Sequence record: PP942979.1
Length of the DNA stretch: 64,000 nucleotides
Strand: one strand, 5' to 3'
Shown: piece after piece, positions 20,545 to 29,813 of the stretch
How the letters are laid out: each line of letters opens with the position of its first letter
Numbering within the stretch: position 1 is the first letter of the stretch
The notes under the pieces: model-generated
Seen by the model: the letters and a program-made list of their open reading frames with translations, nothing else
Database searches by the model: none
What the model was told of the DNA's origin: nothing
Position numbers and translations under genes: made by a program

Positions 20545-21760
20545 CTTTGCTTGGATTTGTGTCGCTTAACTCCCTCACACCCGAAGCGAGTGCTCGGTAG
20601 CCGAAGCCACTAAGCCGGAGTTAATGGCCGAGAGTGAAGCCGCACGGCGCGGCAACAGCATGTGACTCTCGGGACCAGATAGCAAGCGACCAAGCATCGC
20701 AATTGCTATCAACGACACGAAGAACAAAATCATGTTTGCTCCTGTGTCTCTACTGTAAGGTAAAACATTTGCAAATGTCGATCAAGTTACTTCAAGTTGC
20801 CCTTCGCCCAACTTCACTAGGGTTTCAACTCTCTTTCTCTCGTTACCGCCTGGGTTGCGGAGACCGCGCACAAGAACAACGCTTCAACGATACGTGGGCA
20901 GGAAGACACGTACCGCATTCACATCGCTCAAGCGAAGGAGGTTACCCATCGGTGATCTGCGGTGGTTAATACACTCTTTAACAATCGCTCTTGTTGTGCA
21001 TTAGATCGTGGTAGGAACGCGATTGACCGCTAACAAGTCCTATACGATATTTCACTACCCGAGAATGGGTATCAGCTATGGCAGCACGTCAACAGCAGCG
21101 GGGCAGCGGACACACTCCATTAAGCATTGTTAAGGGCAATGCTCAACAGGCTGTGAACAGCTTTGACCAAATGCAGAGTCGCTCGTCGCCCGACTTCACT
21201 TGAGTATCTCGTCTGCACTCTTTTACTCCCTGAATACCGTACAAGGAAGACGGCACCCATGAGGGTCTGCGGATGTTTATCACATTAAGACTCTAGCCAA
21301 CTTAATCCCGTACGCAGTGTGTTGAGTCGTCCGCTGGATGACACACTACATACCCCTCACGTTCGTGCATAAGTGGGATATAGCTGGTGGAAGGTTGTCA
21401 TGAAGATTGCATCGCCTGGAGGCTTGCCGTTCTTCCCAATGCACACACGGTGAAAGGCATATGTGCATCAGGCAGCGTAGCTGCAAACTGCTATCCCGAT
21501 AAGAGGGGCCACAACGTTGAGAGTACGTTCCGCCTGTCTTACGCGCCTAGAGGCAACTGCCGTGCCATGTCTGAAAAGAATGAAAAACGCTGGGCCTTGT
21601 GAGCGTCAGCAGCAGAGCAGCAGTCTATCGCGTGGGTGCTGGGGTTAATCCTCACGATTACAGAGCATCACACTCTAACCAGCTGGAGGCTTGCCTACTG
21701 TGGAACGCAGCGACAAGTTTACAGTCAAACAACGTCCGCTAAGTACGCCATCTGACTGGG
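20545..21760 (-). ncRNA. Putative large (~1.2 kb) structured non-coding RNA, family not recognised
   Basis: Only large gap in the window; no minus-strand ORF of 60 aa or more; more than 15 helices, several with G-U pairs that work only on the minus strand; UUCG loops; internal repeats; 3' terminator. Confidence 0.7.
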
Positions 21761-21800
21761 ACAAGTTGATATTACTATCTGCAATTTTTATTTACAGATT

Positions 21801-23564
21801 TTAGAACGCCTTACGCTCAATATTTGAATAAAGAGTATCGTAAGGTTCTGAGTACAGTTCAGGTCCGCGTTGTGCGCGAATCGTCACGTAGCCTGTGTGA
21901 CGGTTGAACGCTGTGATTTCGACAGTCGGCTGTTTAGGCTTGATAGTCGCATAAATCGGAGCATTCAACGTTGGCTCGTCTGTCTGAATCTTATTTACAG
22001 ATTGCAGTGCAGCGCCAGAGATAGCAGGCAGATTAAAACGCAGTTCAGCACGTTTCTGGCCGAATGCCGCGCGAATCATACCGTTCTCCAACTCTACACC
22101 GTTCTGCTTGAGATATGCAGCGATGCGACGTCCGATACCAGTAAGCTGATCGCGAGTGCGCGGGTCAAACGTGCCTTCGAAGCTGATTGCTTCTGCGGGC
22201 TGACGTACAGACAAATGCAGGCCTGTGTTGAAATAGCCTTCGGTCAGCAGACGCAGGATTTCTTTCACGACTTCTTTGGTGTTCGTCTTGATAGCAGCGA
22301 TACGCAGTTCAGGAACGTCCACTTTAATCGGGTCACGAAGCTCGGTCTGGTTGTCCATATAGCCGAGTGAGATATGCTTCGCATTGGCATACGTGTGTTG
22401 CAGCACACCAGTCGCGCGAATCAATACAGAGCCACCTTTTGCAAGGTCATAAAGTTCATCGCTGGTGGTTGTGCTGAACAGGTAATAGTCCGTAGGTACG
22501 GCCATGCGATTAACAGCTTCAATCGCTTTGGTTTGAGCTTCTTTGACAGTTGAGCCAAAGACTACGCGACTACGATTCGGCTGGGCAGCAGATACAGGGA
22601 AGAACGCACCATAGACAACGCTAACGTTTTTCTTAATCGGACGTTCAGACTGAATCTTCTTACCGCCAGGCAGAGAAGGTAGCTTAACGCCCACCAGCTT
22701 ACCTTTGACGATAGCTTTGTTCTCTTTGACCGGCTTGAGGCTGTCAATGAGTTTCGCCAGATCAGCACCGCTAAGAATCTTCTCCAGCGGAACAGCGAGG
22801 TTCTGCGGCAGATAGTGTTTCTTGCGGAACATATAGATAACGGTGTCTTTCTTGATCTGCACGGGCGTAGCCATGTTGCGACCAATAACACCTACCGGCT
22901 GGAACGTGTTTGCTTTGTCATCACCGATAGAGCCGAACTGCTTAGTGAACTCAGTCTGGCCGATGATGTTAGCAGCGCGTAAATGACCACGAATGATGAA
23001 CACGATTTTCGGGTCATCTTTCATGCGCAACTCGTAGCGGTCACGGTTCAGATAAACCATGCTGTACTTGTCGCCTTTCTCCAGCTCCAGATCGTACTCG
23101 TCGTTAGCGTCATCAACAACGACTTTCTTACCTACGTAGGTACCGTACGTGCGCTGGCCAGCAGACTCAGAAGCAATCTGCAATGCTTTGCCACTGTTAG
23201 ACAGGGAGGCAGCGAAGTCCATAACAGCGGGCATCAGGTCTAAAGACGATGCTACAGCGTATGGCTTGCGCTTCTCACCAAGATGCAAATGAACAGCGCT
23301 ACTGCTGGACATGAACACGGTTGTGCCTACATCTTCGTGTGTACCAGCGAAGTGCATACCGCTAATACGTTCGATGATGTTTGCGTTGAGCGATTGGAAG
23401 TTTACTTCGCTACCTGCGGTGAAGTCATAAATTTCACCGTTACGCCACGCATAGGCAACGTTGTTTGAGCTTAGACCTACGAACGCATCACCCAACTGAC
23501 GCACGGTCAACGGCATGATGCTCAGGTCACGAATAATCGAGGACTGCTTTTGAATGAGGTTCAT
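21801..23564 (-). CDS. Hypothetical protein (putative virion/internal head protein)
   Basis: 587 aa; carries a copy of the beta-rich domain shared with 36068, 44631 and 51868, and S-x-S motifs. Confidence 0.75.
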   Translation of the reverse strand: MNLIQKQSSIIRDLSIMPLTVRQLGDAFVGLSSNNVAYAWRNGEIYDFTAGSEVNFQSLNANIIERISGMHFAGTHEDVGTTVFMSSSSAVHLHLGEKRKPYAVASSLDLMPAVMDFAASLSNSGKALQIASESAGQRTYGTYVGKKVVVDDANDEYDLELEKGDKYSMVYLNRDRYELRMKDDPKIVFIIRGHLRAANIIGQTEFTKQFGSIGDDKANTFQPVGVIGRNMATPVQIKKDTVIYMFRKKHYLPQNLAVPLEKILSGADLAKLIDSLKPVKENKAIVKGKLVGVKLPSLPGGKKIQSERPIKKNVSVVYGAFFPVSAAQPNRSRVVFGSTVKEAQTKAIEAVNRMAVPTDYYLFSTTTSDELYDLAKGGSVLIRATGVLQHTYANAKHISLGYMDNQTELRDPIKVDVPELRIAAIKTNTKEVVKEILRLLTEGYFNTGLHLSVRQPAEAISFEGTFDPRTRDQLTGIGRRIAAYLKQNGVELENGMIRAAFGQKRAELRFNLPAISGAALQSVNKIQTDEPTLNAPIYATIKPKQPTVEITAFNRHTGYVTIRAQRGPELYSEPYDTLYSNIERKAF

Positions 23565-23572
23565 ATAAATCC

Positions 23573-24007
23573 CTAATACGAAACAATGCGGAAGGCGTTC
23601 TGCTTGAGCAGGTTGAGATTACCCAGCATCAGGCTATACGCAAGAGTACCGTGCTGTTCAATCAGACTGTCAGGTACAATTGACCCGAAGTAAAGAGCCT
23701 TGTCTGGTCGAACGTTAATCTCTTCGCCGGTAGACTTCATTGCGTCAGGGACAACGAAGCACCACGGTTCAGCAACGTACTTACCTTTGACGTACTGAAT
23801 CCTATAACCAACAGCCATGTGCTGGTCTTTGGTAGGACGGTACGCGAAAACATCCGTGTTCTGCTTACGCGATTTGCGGACCGAGAACAGAGCCATAGTG
23901 AGGAAGCGCTGTTCGAACTGCGGTATGAACGCATTGTCTTCGCAAATCTTTTTTAGTACCGCCTCTTGTCGTGCGCGGGGCATCGACGCGTAGAGGTTTA
24001 GATTCAT
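23573..24007 (-). CDS. Hypothetical protein
   Basis: 144 aa, ATGA-coupled to tmk. Confidence 0.7.
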   Translation of the reverse strand: MNLNLYASMPRARQEAVLKKICEDNAFIPQFEQRFLTMALFSVRKSRKQNTDVFAYRPTKDQHMAVGYRIQYVKGKYVAEPWCFVVPDAMKSTGEEINVRPDKALYFGSIVPDSLIEQHGTLAYSLMLGNLNLLKQNAFRIVSY

Positions 24008-24618
24008 GACAGCTTGGCGAGAATTTGACGGACAACATCAGACACCGAATTAACCTCAGTGTCGATAATCAAATCGAAACCACCAGGTACTTCGAGGTAG
24101 CGTTGGTTGTATTGCTCATACACTTCTTTGGTCTGACGCTTCTCAATACGGTCTTCACCGCCAATGCGAATCTTCCGACGCTCGATAGAAGTTTCATAGC
24201 TACACGTCAGCAGCACGGTCAGGCGGTTCTCAGGAGCAAGTGCTTCCCAAGTATGCTGGTAGATGTGTGCGTTAACGTCGGACTCACCAGCCTGATAAAC
24301 GTAGGTTGATGGGTACCCGCGATCGGCAATAATGATCGTGTTTGGTTGATTGTCGAGGATGCGCTCATACGCAGTCATCGTTGAGGAGCGCGCGGCAAGG
24401 AACAGGAGCAGTTCAGTACGGGGGTCCATGTCCTCGTTAAGAGGGTTCGAGTTGGACAGCAGAACATCACGAATGTGTTCAGCTAACGGCGTACCGCCCG
24501 GCTCACGTAAGCGCAAAGTATTAATGCCACGCTGCGTCAGTATTTCAGAAAGAGCAGTACATACGGTAGACTTACCACCGCCTTCGCCGCCTTCGATTAA
24601 AACATAGGTTGGTTTCAT
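24004..24618 (-). CDS. tmk: Thymidylate kinase
   Basis: P-loop IEGGEGGGKST, REPGGT, ELLLFLAAR and DRG motifs. Confidence 0.95.
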   Translation of the reverse strand: MKPTYVLIEGGEGGGKSTVCTALSEILTQRGINTLRLREPGGTPLAEHIRDVLLSNSNPLNEDMDPRTELLLFLAARSSTMTAYERILDNQPNTIIIADRGYPSTYVYQAGESDVNAHIYQHTWEALAPENRLTVLLTCSYETSIERRKIRIGGEDRIEKRQTKEVYEQYNQRYLEVPGGFDLIIDTEVNSVSDVVRQILAKLS

Positions 24619-24629
24619 AATGCGATTCC

Positions 24630-25121
24630 TTAGGCAAATCGCCCACCACGCCCTGCGGCCTTAATGAGCAACTTCGCCACGATTTCGTTCTTCATTGTCT
24701 TTCGCTTGGCATTGCTTCTGACAAATGCAGAGCCGAACTTATTCACGACAATCAAACCGCAACCAAGGTCCTTGATACGGTCAATGATTTTATCGCCATG
24801 AGATTCAAACAGCCGTTCATCAATGATGAAGTACATACGCATACAGAAAGGCAAATACTTGTGCCACTTCTTATCGGTATTGAAGTCAGCCCAGCAACTC
24901 TTTACCTCAGTGATAATCATATCGCATTTGGTATTCAGGCAGAACACGTCAGCCCTTAAGTTACCGTGCTTAATCAGTCCAAGTTCAACGTGGCATGAAT
25001 AGCGTTTGTCAATCCAGTAGCGTTGTGCAGCTTCGGTAAGAAAGGCCGTCTTATCAGGACGGCTCATTGATTTAAATACAGCGGTCTGAATGGGTTCAGC
25101 TTTGCGCCGCTTATAGGCCAT
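24630..25121 (-). CDS. MmcB-like PD-(D/E)xK nuclease-fold protein
   Basis: RAD......IITEVKSC.ADF.TD.KW..YL.FC..MYF pattern of the MmcB family. Confidence 0.8.
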   Translation of the reverse strand: MAYKRRKAEPIQTAVFKSMSRPDKTAFLTEAAQRYWIDKRYSCHVELGLIKHGNLRADVFCLNTKCDMIITEVKSCWADFNTDKKWHKYLPFCMRMYFIIDERLFESHGDKIIDRIKDLGCGLIVVNKFGSAFVRSNAKRKTMKNEIVAKLLIKAAGRGGRFA

Positions 25122-25569
25122 ACGAGTCGATAATGTCCAGGGCTTGCTCTACGATAGGACGAAGTTTCTTATCCAGTTTACGCAGAGCCTTATCCGCTTT
25201 GAACCATTTGCGTTCACGCGTCAGGGCTTCGTCGTACTCGGTCAGCATAGTCTTGACCTTCATGACGTACCATTCAACGTGTTGCTCACGGCCGGTCTTG
25301 CCTTTGACGTAACGCATAATGTCTACGAAATCTTTTGGCTTACCGAGGACACCAGCTTCTTCCATGGCCTCTTTCAGAGCACTGTCTAGGGGAGTCATTC
25401 CCTTCTCCACCCCACCTTTCGGCAGACCCCAGTTGCCAGCGTGAGTGGTACGAATCAACAACAGCTCAATCGTACCATCACTTCTTTTTCTGTATGGAAT
25501 AACGCCCGACTGTTTGCGAGGTTTCTTCTCGCTTGGCAGTTTAGCAGACAATGATACGTTGATCATCAT
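25111..25569 (-). CDS. Nudix hydrolase
   Basis: Nudix box GGVEKGMTPLDSALKEAMEEAG, with SGVIPYR and WGLPKG flanks. Confidence 0.9.
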   Translation of the reverse strand: MMINVSLSAKLPSEKKPRKQSGVIPYRKRSDGTIELLLIRTTHAGNWGLPKGGVEKGMTPLDSALKEAMEEAGVLGKPKDFVDIMRYVKGKTGREQHVEWYVMKVKTMLTEYDEALTRERKWFKADKALRKLDKKLRPIVEQALDIIDSYGL

Positions 25570-26069
25570 AATGAATCGAGTCCCCGTGGCAGGTCAACAT
25601 CCCAGCTACCGGCATTGTCTTTCCACAGGCCCTGATCTTGCAACGTTCTGTAGGCATCAAACAGAGTTGCACGGGCTTGCACAGAGACTTCATTTGAACC
25701 GGCGGCACCTAAACTATAGCTGTACATACAGCCTGGGAAGTATTGTAGACGGCAGGACTCAAACGTGTCAAACACAATTTGGCCCTCTGCGTCAGCTACA
25801 ACGCAGTGCGATGCCATACCACCTTGACCCAGAACAACGATCTGATAGTCAGGATGTTTGTTGTAGACTCGCTGAATAAACTCGGCTGCTTCTGCAAACG
25901 GTCGGGCTACTTGCGCAGCACGGTGACAGTTCTGTTCTACCGCAGACTCAGAAAGAGAGCGAGCGCCAGTCAGATTCATAGCCGAGGCAAAGATAAGAGT
26001 TGTGAGCGCTTCAGGCTCAACAGCAGTGGGGAAAAACTTTGTGCCCCACGCTTGAGATAGCGAAAGCAT
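25566..26069 (-). CDS. Hypothetical protein
   Basis: 167 aa; AAGGAG RBS and GCTAATTT upstream. Confidence 0.75.
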   Translation of the reverse strand: MLSLSQAWGTKFFPTAVEPEALTTLIFASAMNLTGARSLSESAVEQNCHRAAQVARPFAEAAEFIQRVYNKHPDYQIVVLGQGGMASHCVVADAEGQIVFDTFESCRLQYFPGCMYSYSLGAAGSNEVSVQARATLFDAYRTLQDQGLWKDNAGSWDVDLPRGLDSL

Positions 26070-26098
26070 GGACGTCTCCTTATACGATAGTCTCAGCT

Positions 26099-26106
26099 AA
26101 ATTAGC
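26099..26106 (-). promoter_or_regulatory. Putative phage late promoter GCTAATTT
   Basis: In a 38-nt intergenic gap, ~30 nt before the ATG at 26069. Confidence 0.65.
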
Positions 26107-26107
26107 G

Positions 26108-26398
26108 TCAGTCGTGCGGACAGTTAAGCACTTGCTTGCGATTCTGCATAAAATCACGCGGAGCCGGGCCAGAGATTACGACAGCATGTTTAACACGATG
26201 CTTGGTCGGTTTCTTTGATACATTGCAGCCCGCATGAGACAGCGCATCAAAAGCGTCAGTAGCGGCAGGACCAGAAATAACGAGCATATGAGCAAAGAAA
26301 GGCTTACCAACTTTCTTCATTGTTCTGCCCATCAGTTCGTAGATATGTTGCGCTTCTGCAACAGACGGCACAGCACCACACCAAATATCGAACGTCAT
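26108..26398 (-). CDS. Hypothetical protein
   Basis: 96 aa, ATGA-coupled to the upstream gene. Confidence 0.6.
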   Translation of the reverse strand: MTFDIWCGAVPSVAEAQHIYELMGRTMKKVGKPFFAHMLVISGPAATDAFDALSHAGCNVSKKPTKHRVKHAVVISGPAPRDFMQNRKQVLNCPHD

Positions 26399-27120
26399 TT
26401 AGTGTTCTCCTTAATCAGAAGGACACCATTGAAAATACCGAACTTATCAGTGAAATCGCCGAGGACGTTATAGAGACTGCCGTTATCACCAGGGCTGCCG
26501 TAAGGATCAAAAGTTGCGACGTCGATTTGCAGATGTGATGAACTGACGGTATCGCGTCCCTTTTCCGAAAGAAAGATGGTATGGTCAGAAAAGCGCTGCT
26601 TATCAGTAATGAACACACCCATGTTATGCCACGTACGGGAAGAGGTTTCCAGCACAAAGACAGACGCTTCGAAAAAGTTGCATCCCAGGTCAGGCTTGAT
26701 CTCTTCGATGTAGTGTGCATCTTCATGATCAGCAACAACAACGTCCACCGTAATGTAATCAATCGCATCGCGGCGGTTTCGCAGCCAGATTTGCATACAG
26801 CGTTCAAAGTAGTCAGCCATCGCACAACAGATGCAACTAAAGTTGGTCGGGTTTTTCTTGGCGCGGGGTATGGCTGTAATGCTGCGTTCATCAAATTTCC
26901 AGCTAATGTGATCGGTAACAAGAGTACCGCCCTGCATCTCAACGTCTTCGTCGTTAATGAAGAAGATTTTGGTGCGTTGCATAGCGATGTTGGACATGAC
27001 GTGAAGTGCGCTGCCCTGCAGGCCCAACGGGTGCTGAATCATAACACGAGCAGTAACGACACGAGGAACTCCGCCGTCCAAATAAGCGAAGTTCATTACA
27101 CGTTGTAACACGGTGCGCAT
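26395..27120 (-). CDS. Hypothetical protein
   Basis: 241 aa ORF filling the gap after the spike gene. Confidence 0.65.
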   Translation of the reverse strand: MRTVLQRVMNFAYLDGGVPRVVTARVMIQHPLGLQGSALHVMSNIAMQRTKIFFINDEDVEMQGGTLVTDHISWKFDERSITAIPRAKKNPTNFSCICCAMADYFERCMQIWLRNRRDAIDYITVDVVVADHEDAHYIEEIKPDLGCNFFEASVFVLETSSRTWHNMGVFITDKQRFSDHTIFLSEKGRDTVSSSHLQIDVATFDPYGSPGDNGSLYNVLGDFTDKFGIFNGVLLIKENTK

Positions 27121-27130
27121 AATGCGTCCT

Positions 27131-27919
27131 TTAGTTCAGGTTGATTGTCTGTCCATTTACAGATACATCTTGACCTGCTTCAATGCTAACAGCACCTTTC
27201 ACATCAAGCACGTCATCGCCTTTAACAGTGACCTTGCGGCTGCCGCCAATCTCAACAGTCTGGTTGCCTGTAATCTTGGTGTACTGATTACCACCATCAC
27301 CCTTCGCAGTACCTTTAAACTTGATACGCTTCTTGGGGTCAGGCTTGAGATTCTTAGGCGTCATTGTTGGGTCATTCAGAATGTAGTCAGGAATATCATT
27401 CTTCGTACCTGTGATGATCAGTTGCTGGTTGCCAACAATCGTTTGGTTAACGTCGCCCATAATCGTCATGTGAAAATCACCAGACGTCACGAGGAAGTGT
27501 TCGTTGGTCATACGATCAATGATAAGCTGGGTACCGGTGGACAGACGAATACCCATGCGATGTGGATAGTTCACCTGAAACTCAGGTAACATGTCGGCTT
27601 GCGTCATGCGCACGTCAGTAGTATAGATACCTTCATGCAACTGACCAGTAGGAAATTTAACGCCGACCTTACCGCCGCGAGTAGGAATGAACTGAGCGCC
27701 AAATACGACGCCTTGACTCCCACCCTTAAGTCCTTCCAGATGACCAACAGCCGGGCGAATCCACGGAATAGACTCGTCAGGAATATCGTCAGTCAGACCC
27801 ATAATACGCGCACGAATCTGGCAGATTTTCTGAGGGTCGTTATTGTCGATAACGATAGCCTCATACACCATCTGCGGGTCGATGCCTTTCTTTGAGTTAA
27901 CTGTATTGAGTGGAATCAT
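27131..27919 (-). CDS. Baseplate central spike (gp5/gpV-like OB fold and beta-helix)
   Basis: AIVIDNNDP.K..QIRARI.GL.....PW, then I.G...Q.I.G repeats ending I.L.N. Confidence 0.9.
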   Translation of the reverse strand: MIPLNTVNSKKGIDPQMVYEAIVIDNNDPQKICQIRARIMGLTDDIPDESIPWIRPAVGHLEGLKGGSQGVVFGAQFIPTRGGKVGVKFPTGQLHEGIYTTDVRMTQADMLPEFQVNYPHRMGIRLSTGTQLIIDRMTNEHFLVTSGDFHMTIMGDVNQTIVGNQQLIITGTKNDIPDYILNDPTMTPKNLKPDPKKRIKFKGTAKGDGGNQYTKITGNQTVEIGGSRKVTVKGDDVLDVKGAVSIEAGQDVSVNGQTINLN

Positions 27920-29811
27920 TTGTTCACCCGTGGTAAATACATTTCAAGTTTCTCACCGTCAGGCGTACCATTCTTACCAGAGCCATCAACAGTACCATCA
28001 CCGAGAGAGCACAGGAAGTTACGCAGGTTCTCTTCCTGTTGACGAATGAGTTGTGCAAGGTTGGTGCTTGGTCCAAGCAGCTTGCTAATAGAGAACGCGT
28101 CGAGACACTTATCAGGCAGAGCGTCATCGAGCATACGGTTCATGTCCTCCAGTCTGTTACTGACACAGCGCTGGTTGATTTGAGGACCATCTAGGTACTC
28201 AGCCGGAATATCACCGTTAGCTATCAGGCCGTTCACGTCATTAGTGAAACCACCGAGCATGTTTTCCATGCTATCAATACGCGAGGCAAGCGCACCAAGT
28301 ATGCTGCCTTTGTAGTTGATTGCCAGATTGACACTCAGCTTCTCCAGACTGTTCAGAGCGTTACAGATGCCAGTAAGATACTTGGCCATGTTGAACTCTT
28401 GCATCAGGCTATTCAGATAGTCAGCGCCTTCGCCATACTTCGCAGCCAGCTCAGGGAACTTGAACATCTCACTATCAGTCTGGAACTGGTCGAGCATAAC
28501 GTCAAGCTGTAGGCTATGTGTCTGCGCTAACCAGTCGATAGGGTTCGAGCCATCAAGTGCCTGTTTGATGTTCGAGTTGATCTGAAATGGACGTAGAATA
28601 TTCGCAACAGTGGACAATGGCGTTTGAATGATGTTTGAGCCACCGCCAATGTTTGACGTGCCTTCAACAGGAGTAAAGTTGCGACTCAGCAGGAAGGCTT
28701 CACTGTACATGCCACCAACGTAAACGCGTGTACGACCAATCACAAGCCACTTGCCTGACAGCTTAATGTCAGTCTCAACTTCACGCTTACCGTTTATCAC
28801 ACCAGCAGATACGTCAACAATATCAAACAGGTCTACCTCAGGGCAGCCGCCAAGAACAAGAGCGCGAGCAGTCTCGGTATAAGCCATAGACTGACGTTTG
28901 TTCGAGTAGTATGCCTGCATGTACTTGTCGTGGATATTTATATCGTTGGTGGGTCGGGCATACGCTTTACGTGTCCCAGCAATATCACCACGAACGTCGC
29001 TGTTAATGTTCAGAGGATCGCGGCTCTTAACGGTCACGGTTGCAAGCTCATTCGTCTTGCCACTCGAATCAGTCCACAACAGCTTCTCACCGTAGTTGGA
29101 CATACCGTTAAAGATACCACTCATTGACTTCGGACGGAACTCATGCAGATTGTACAGAGGAGATTCGCCAATAGGCTTATGGTTGAACAGCCAGTACGCC
29201 TTAGGGTCTTCGTCAAAGAGTTTGTTTATGTCACGCACGACCATGCGCTTGTCTGCCGTAATGAACATCTTCGGCAACGCTTCTTCCGAGATCCACATAT
29301 GCTGTTCGATCTCATGCGCAAACTTCTTAGGCGAGCACGTTGCAGATACCCAGTTCATGATATCCGACGTTTGCACATCACCGAAGTCAGGCGTTAAGCC
29401 ACCGAACGAGGCAACTTGTTTCAGAGCGTCAATGGAGGTTCCGCGAATGCTAAAGCTACGCGTATCGAAGATGAAGGCGGGAGCGTCGAGAATACACAAC
29501 ACGTTAAGCATTGGTGTTCCGCCTTCACCGTACTCCCTGACTGCATAGACAGAGAACGTAAGCGTAGACGCTGACTCCTGATCAGGACCCATCACCATTG
29601 TTATCTTCGTGCCGTCTACAATCGCGTGAGTGGATCGTAATACGTTCGTCTGGTCAGAGAATATGATCAGAGCGCAGGGCAATGCAAATGTGTTTTCGTA
29701 CACATGAACGGAGCGGATAAGGTTAGGCATAGACGGCGGTGCTTTGCCGTCTAACAGAATACCGAAGTAACCTTGATCCTTTACGCCACCAGAAGTAGCT
29801 TGATCAGACAT
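27916..29811 (-). CDS. Baseplate hub protein (gp27/gpD-like) with C-terminal helical extension
   Basis: Immediately upstream of the spike; LSGKWLVIGRTR-type hub motif; 631 aa. Confidence 0.7.
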   Translation of the reverse strand: MSDQATSGGVKDQGYFGILLDGKAPPSMPNLIRSVHVYENTFALPCALIIFSDQTNVLRSTHAIVDGTKITMVMGPDQESASTLTFSVYAVREYGEGGTPMLNVLCILDAPAFIFDTRSFSIRGTSIDALKQVASFGGLTPDFGDVQTSDIMNWVSATCSPKKFAHEIEQHMWISEEALPKMFITADKRMVVRDINKLFDEDPKAYWLFNHKPIGESPLYNLHEFRPKSMSGIFNGMSNYGEKLLWTDSSGKTNELATVTVKSRDPLNINSDVRGDIAGTRKAYARPTNDINIHDKYMQAYYSNKRQSMAYTETARALVLGGCPEVDLFDIVDVSAGVINGKREVETDIKLSGKWLVIGRTRVYVGGMYSEAFLLSRNFTPVEGTSNIGGGSNIIQTPLSTVANILRPFQINSNIKQALDGSNPIDWLAQTHSLQLDVMLDQFQTDSEMFKFPELAAKYGEGADYLNSLMQEFNMAKYLTGICNALNSLEKLSVNLAINYKGSILGALASRIDSMENMLGGFTNDVNGLIANGDIPAEYLDGPQINQRCVSNRLEDMNRMLDDALPDKCLDAFSISKLLGPSTNLAQLIRQQEENLRNFLCSLGDGTVDGSGKNGTPDGEKLEMYLPRVNK

Positions 29812-29813
29812 GA

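Noticed and set aside
20634-21602. Plus-strand ORFs 20634..20969 and 21387..21602 in the large gap
   Set aside because: Opposite to the whole operon, no convincing RBS, atypical composition; the strand-specific G-U pairing favours an RNA explanation.
20545-21760. Group I/II intron, tmRNA, RNase P or tRNA identity for the gap
   Set aside because: No interrupted gene and no P7/R/S elements, canonical domain V, tRNA-like ends or GAGGAAAGUCC motif found by eye; a covariance search is still needed.
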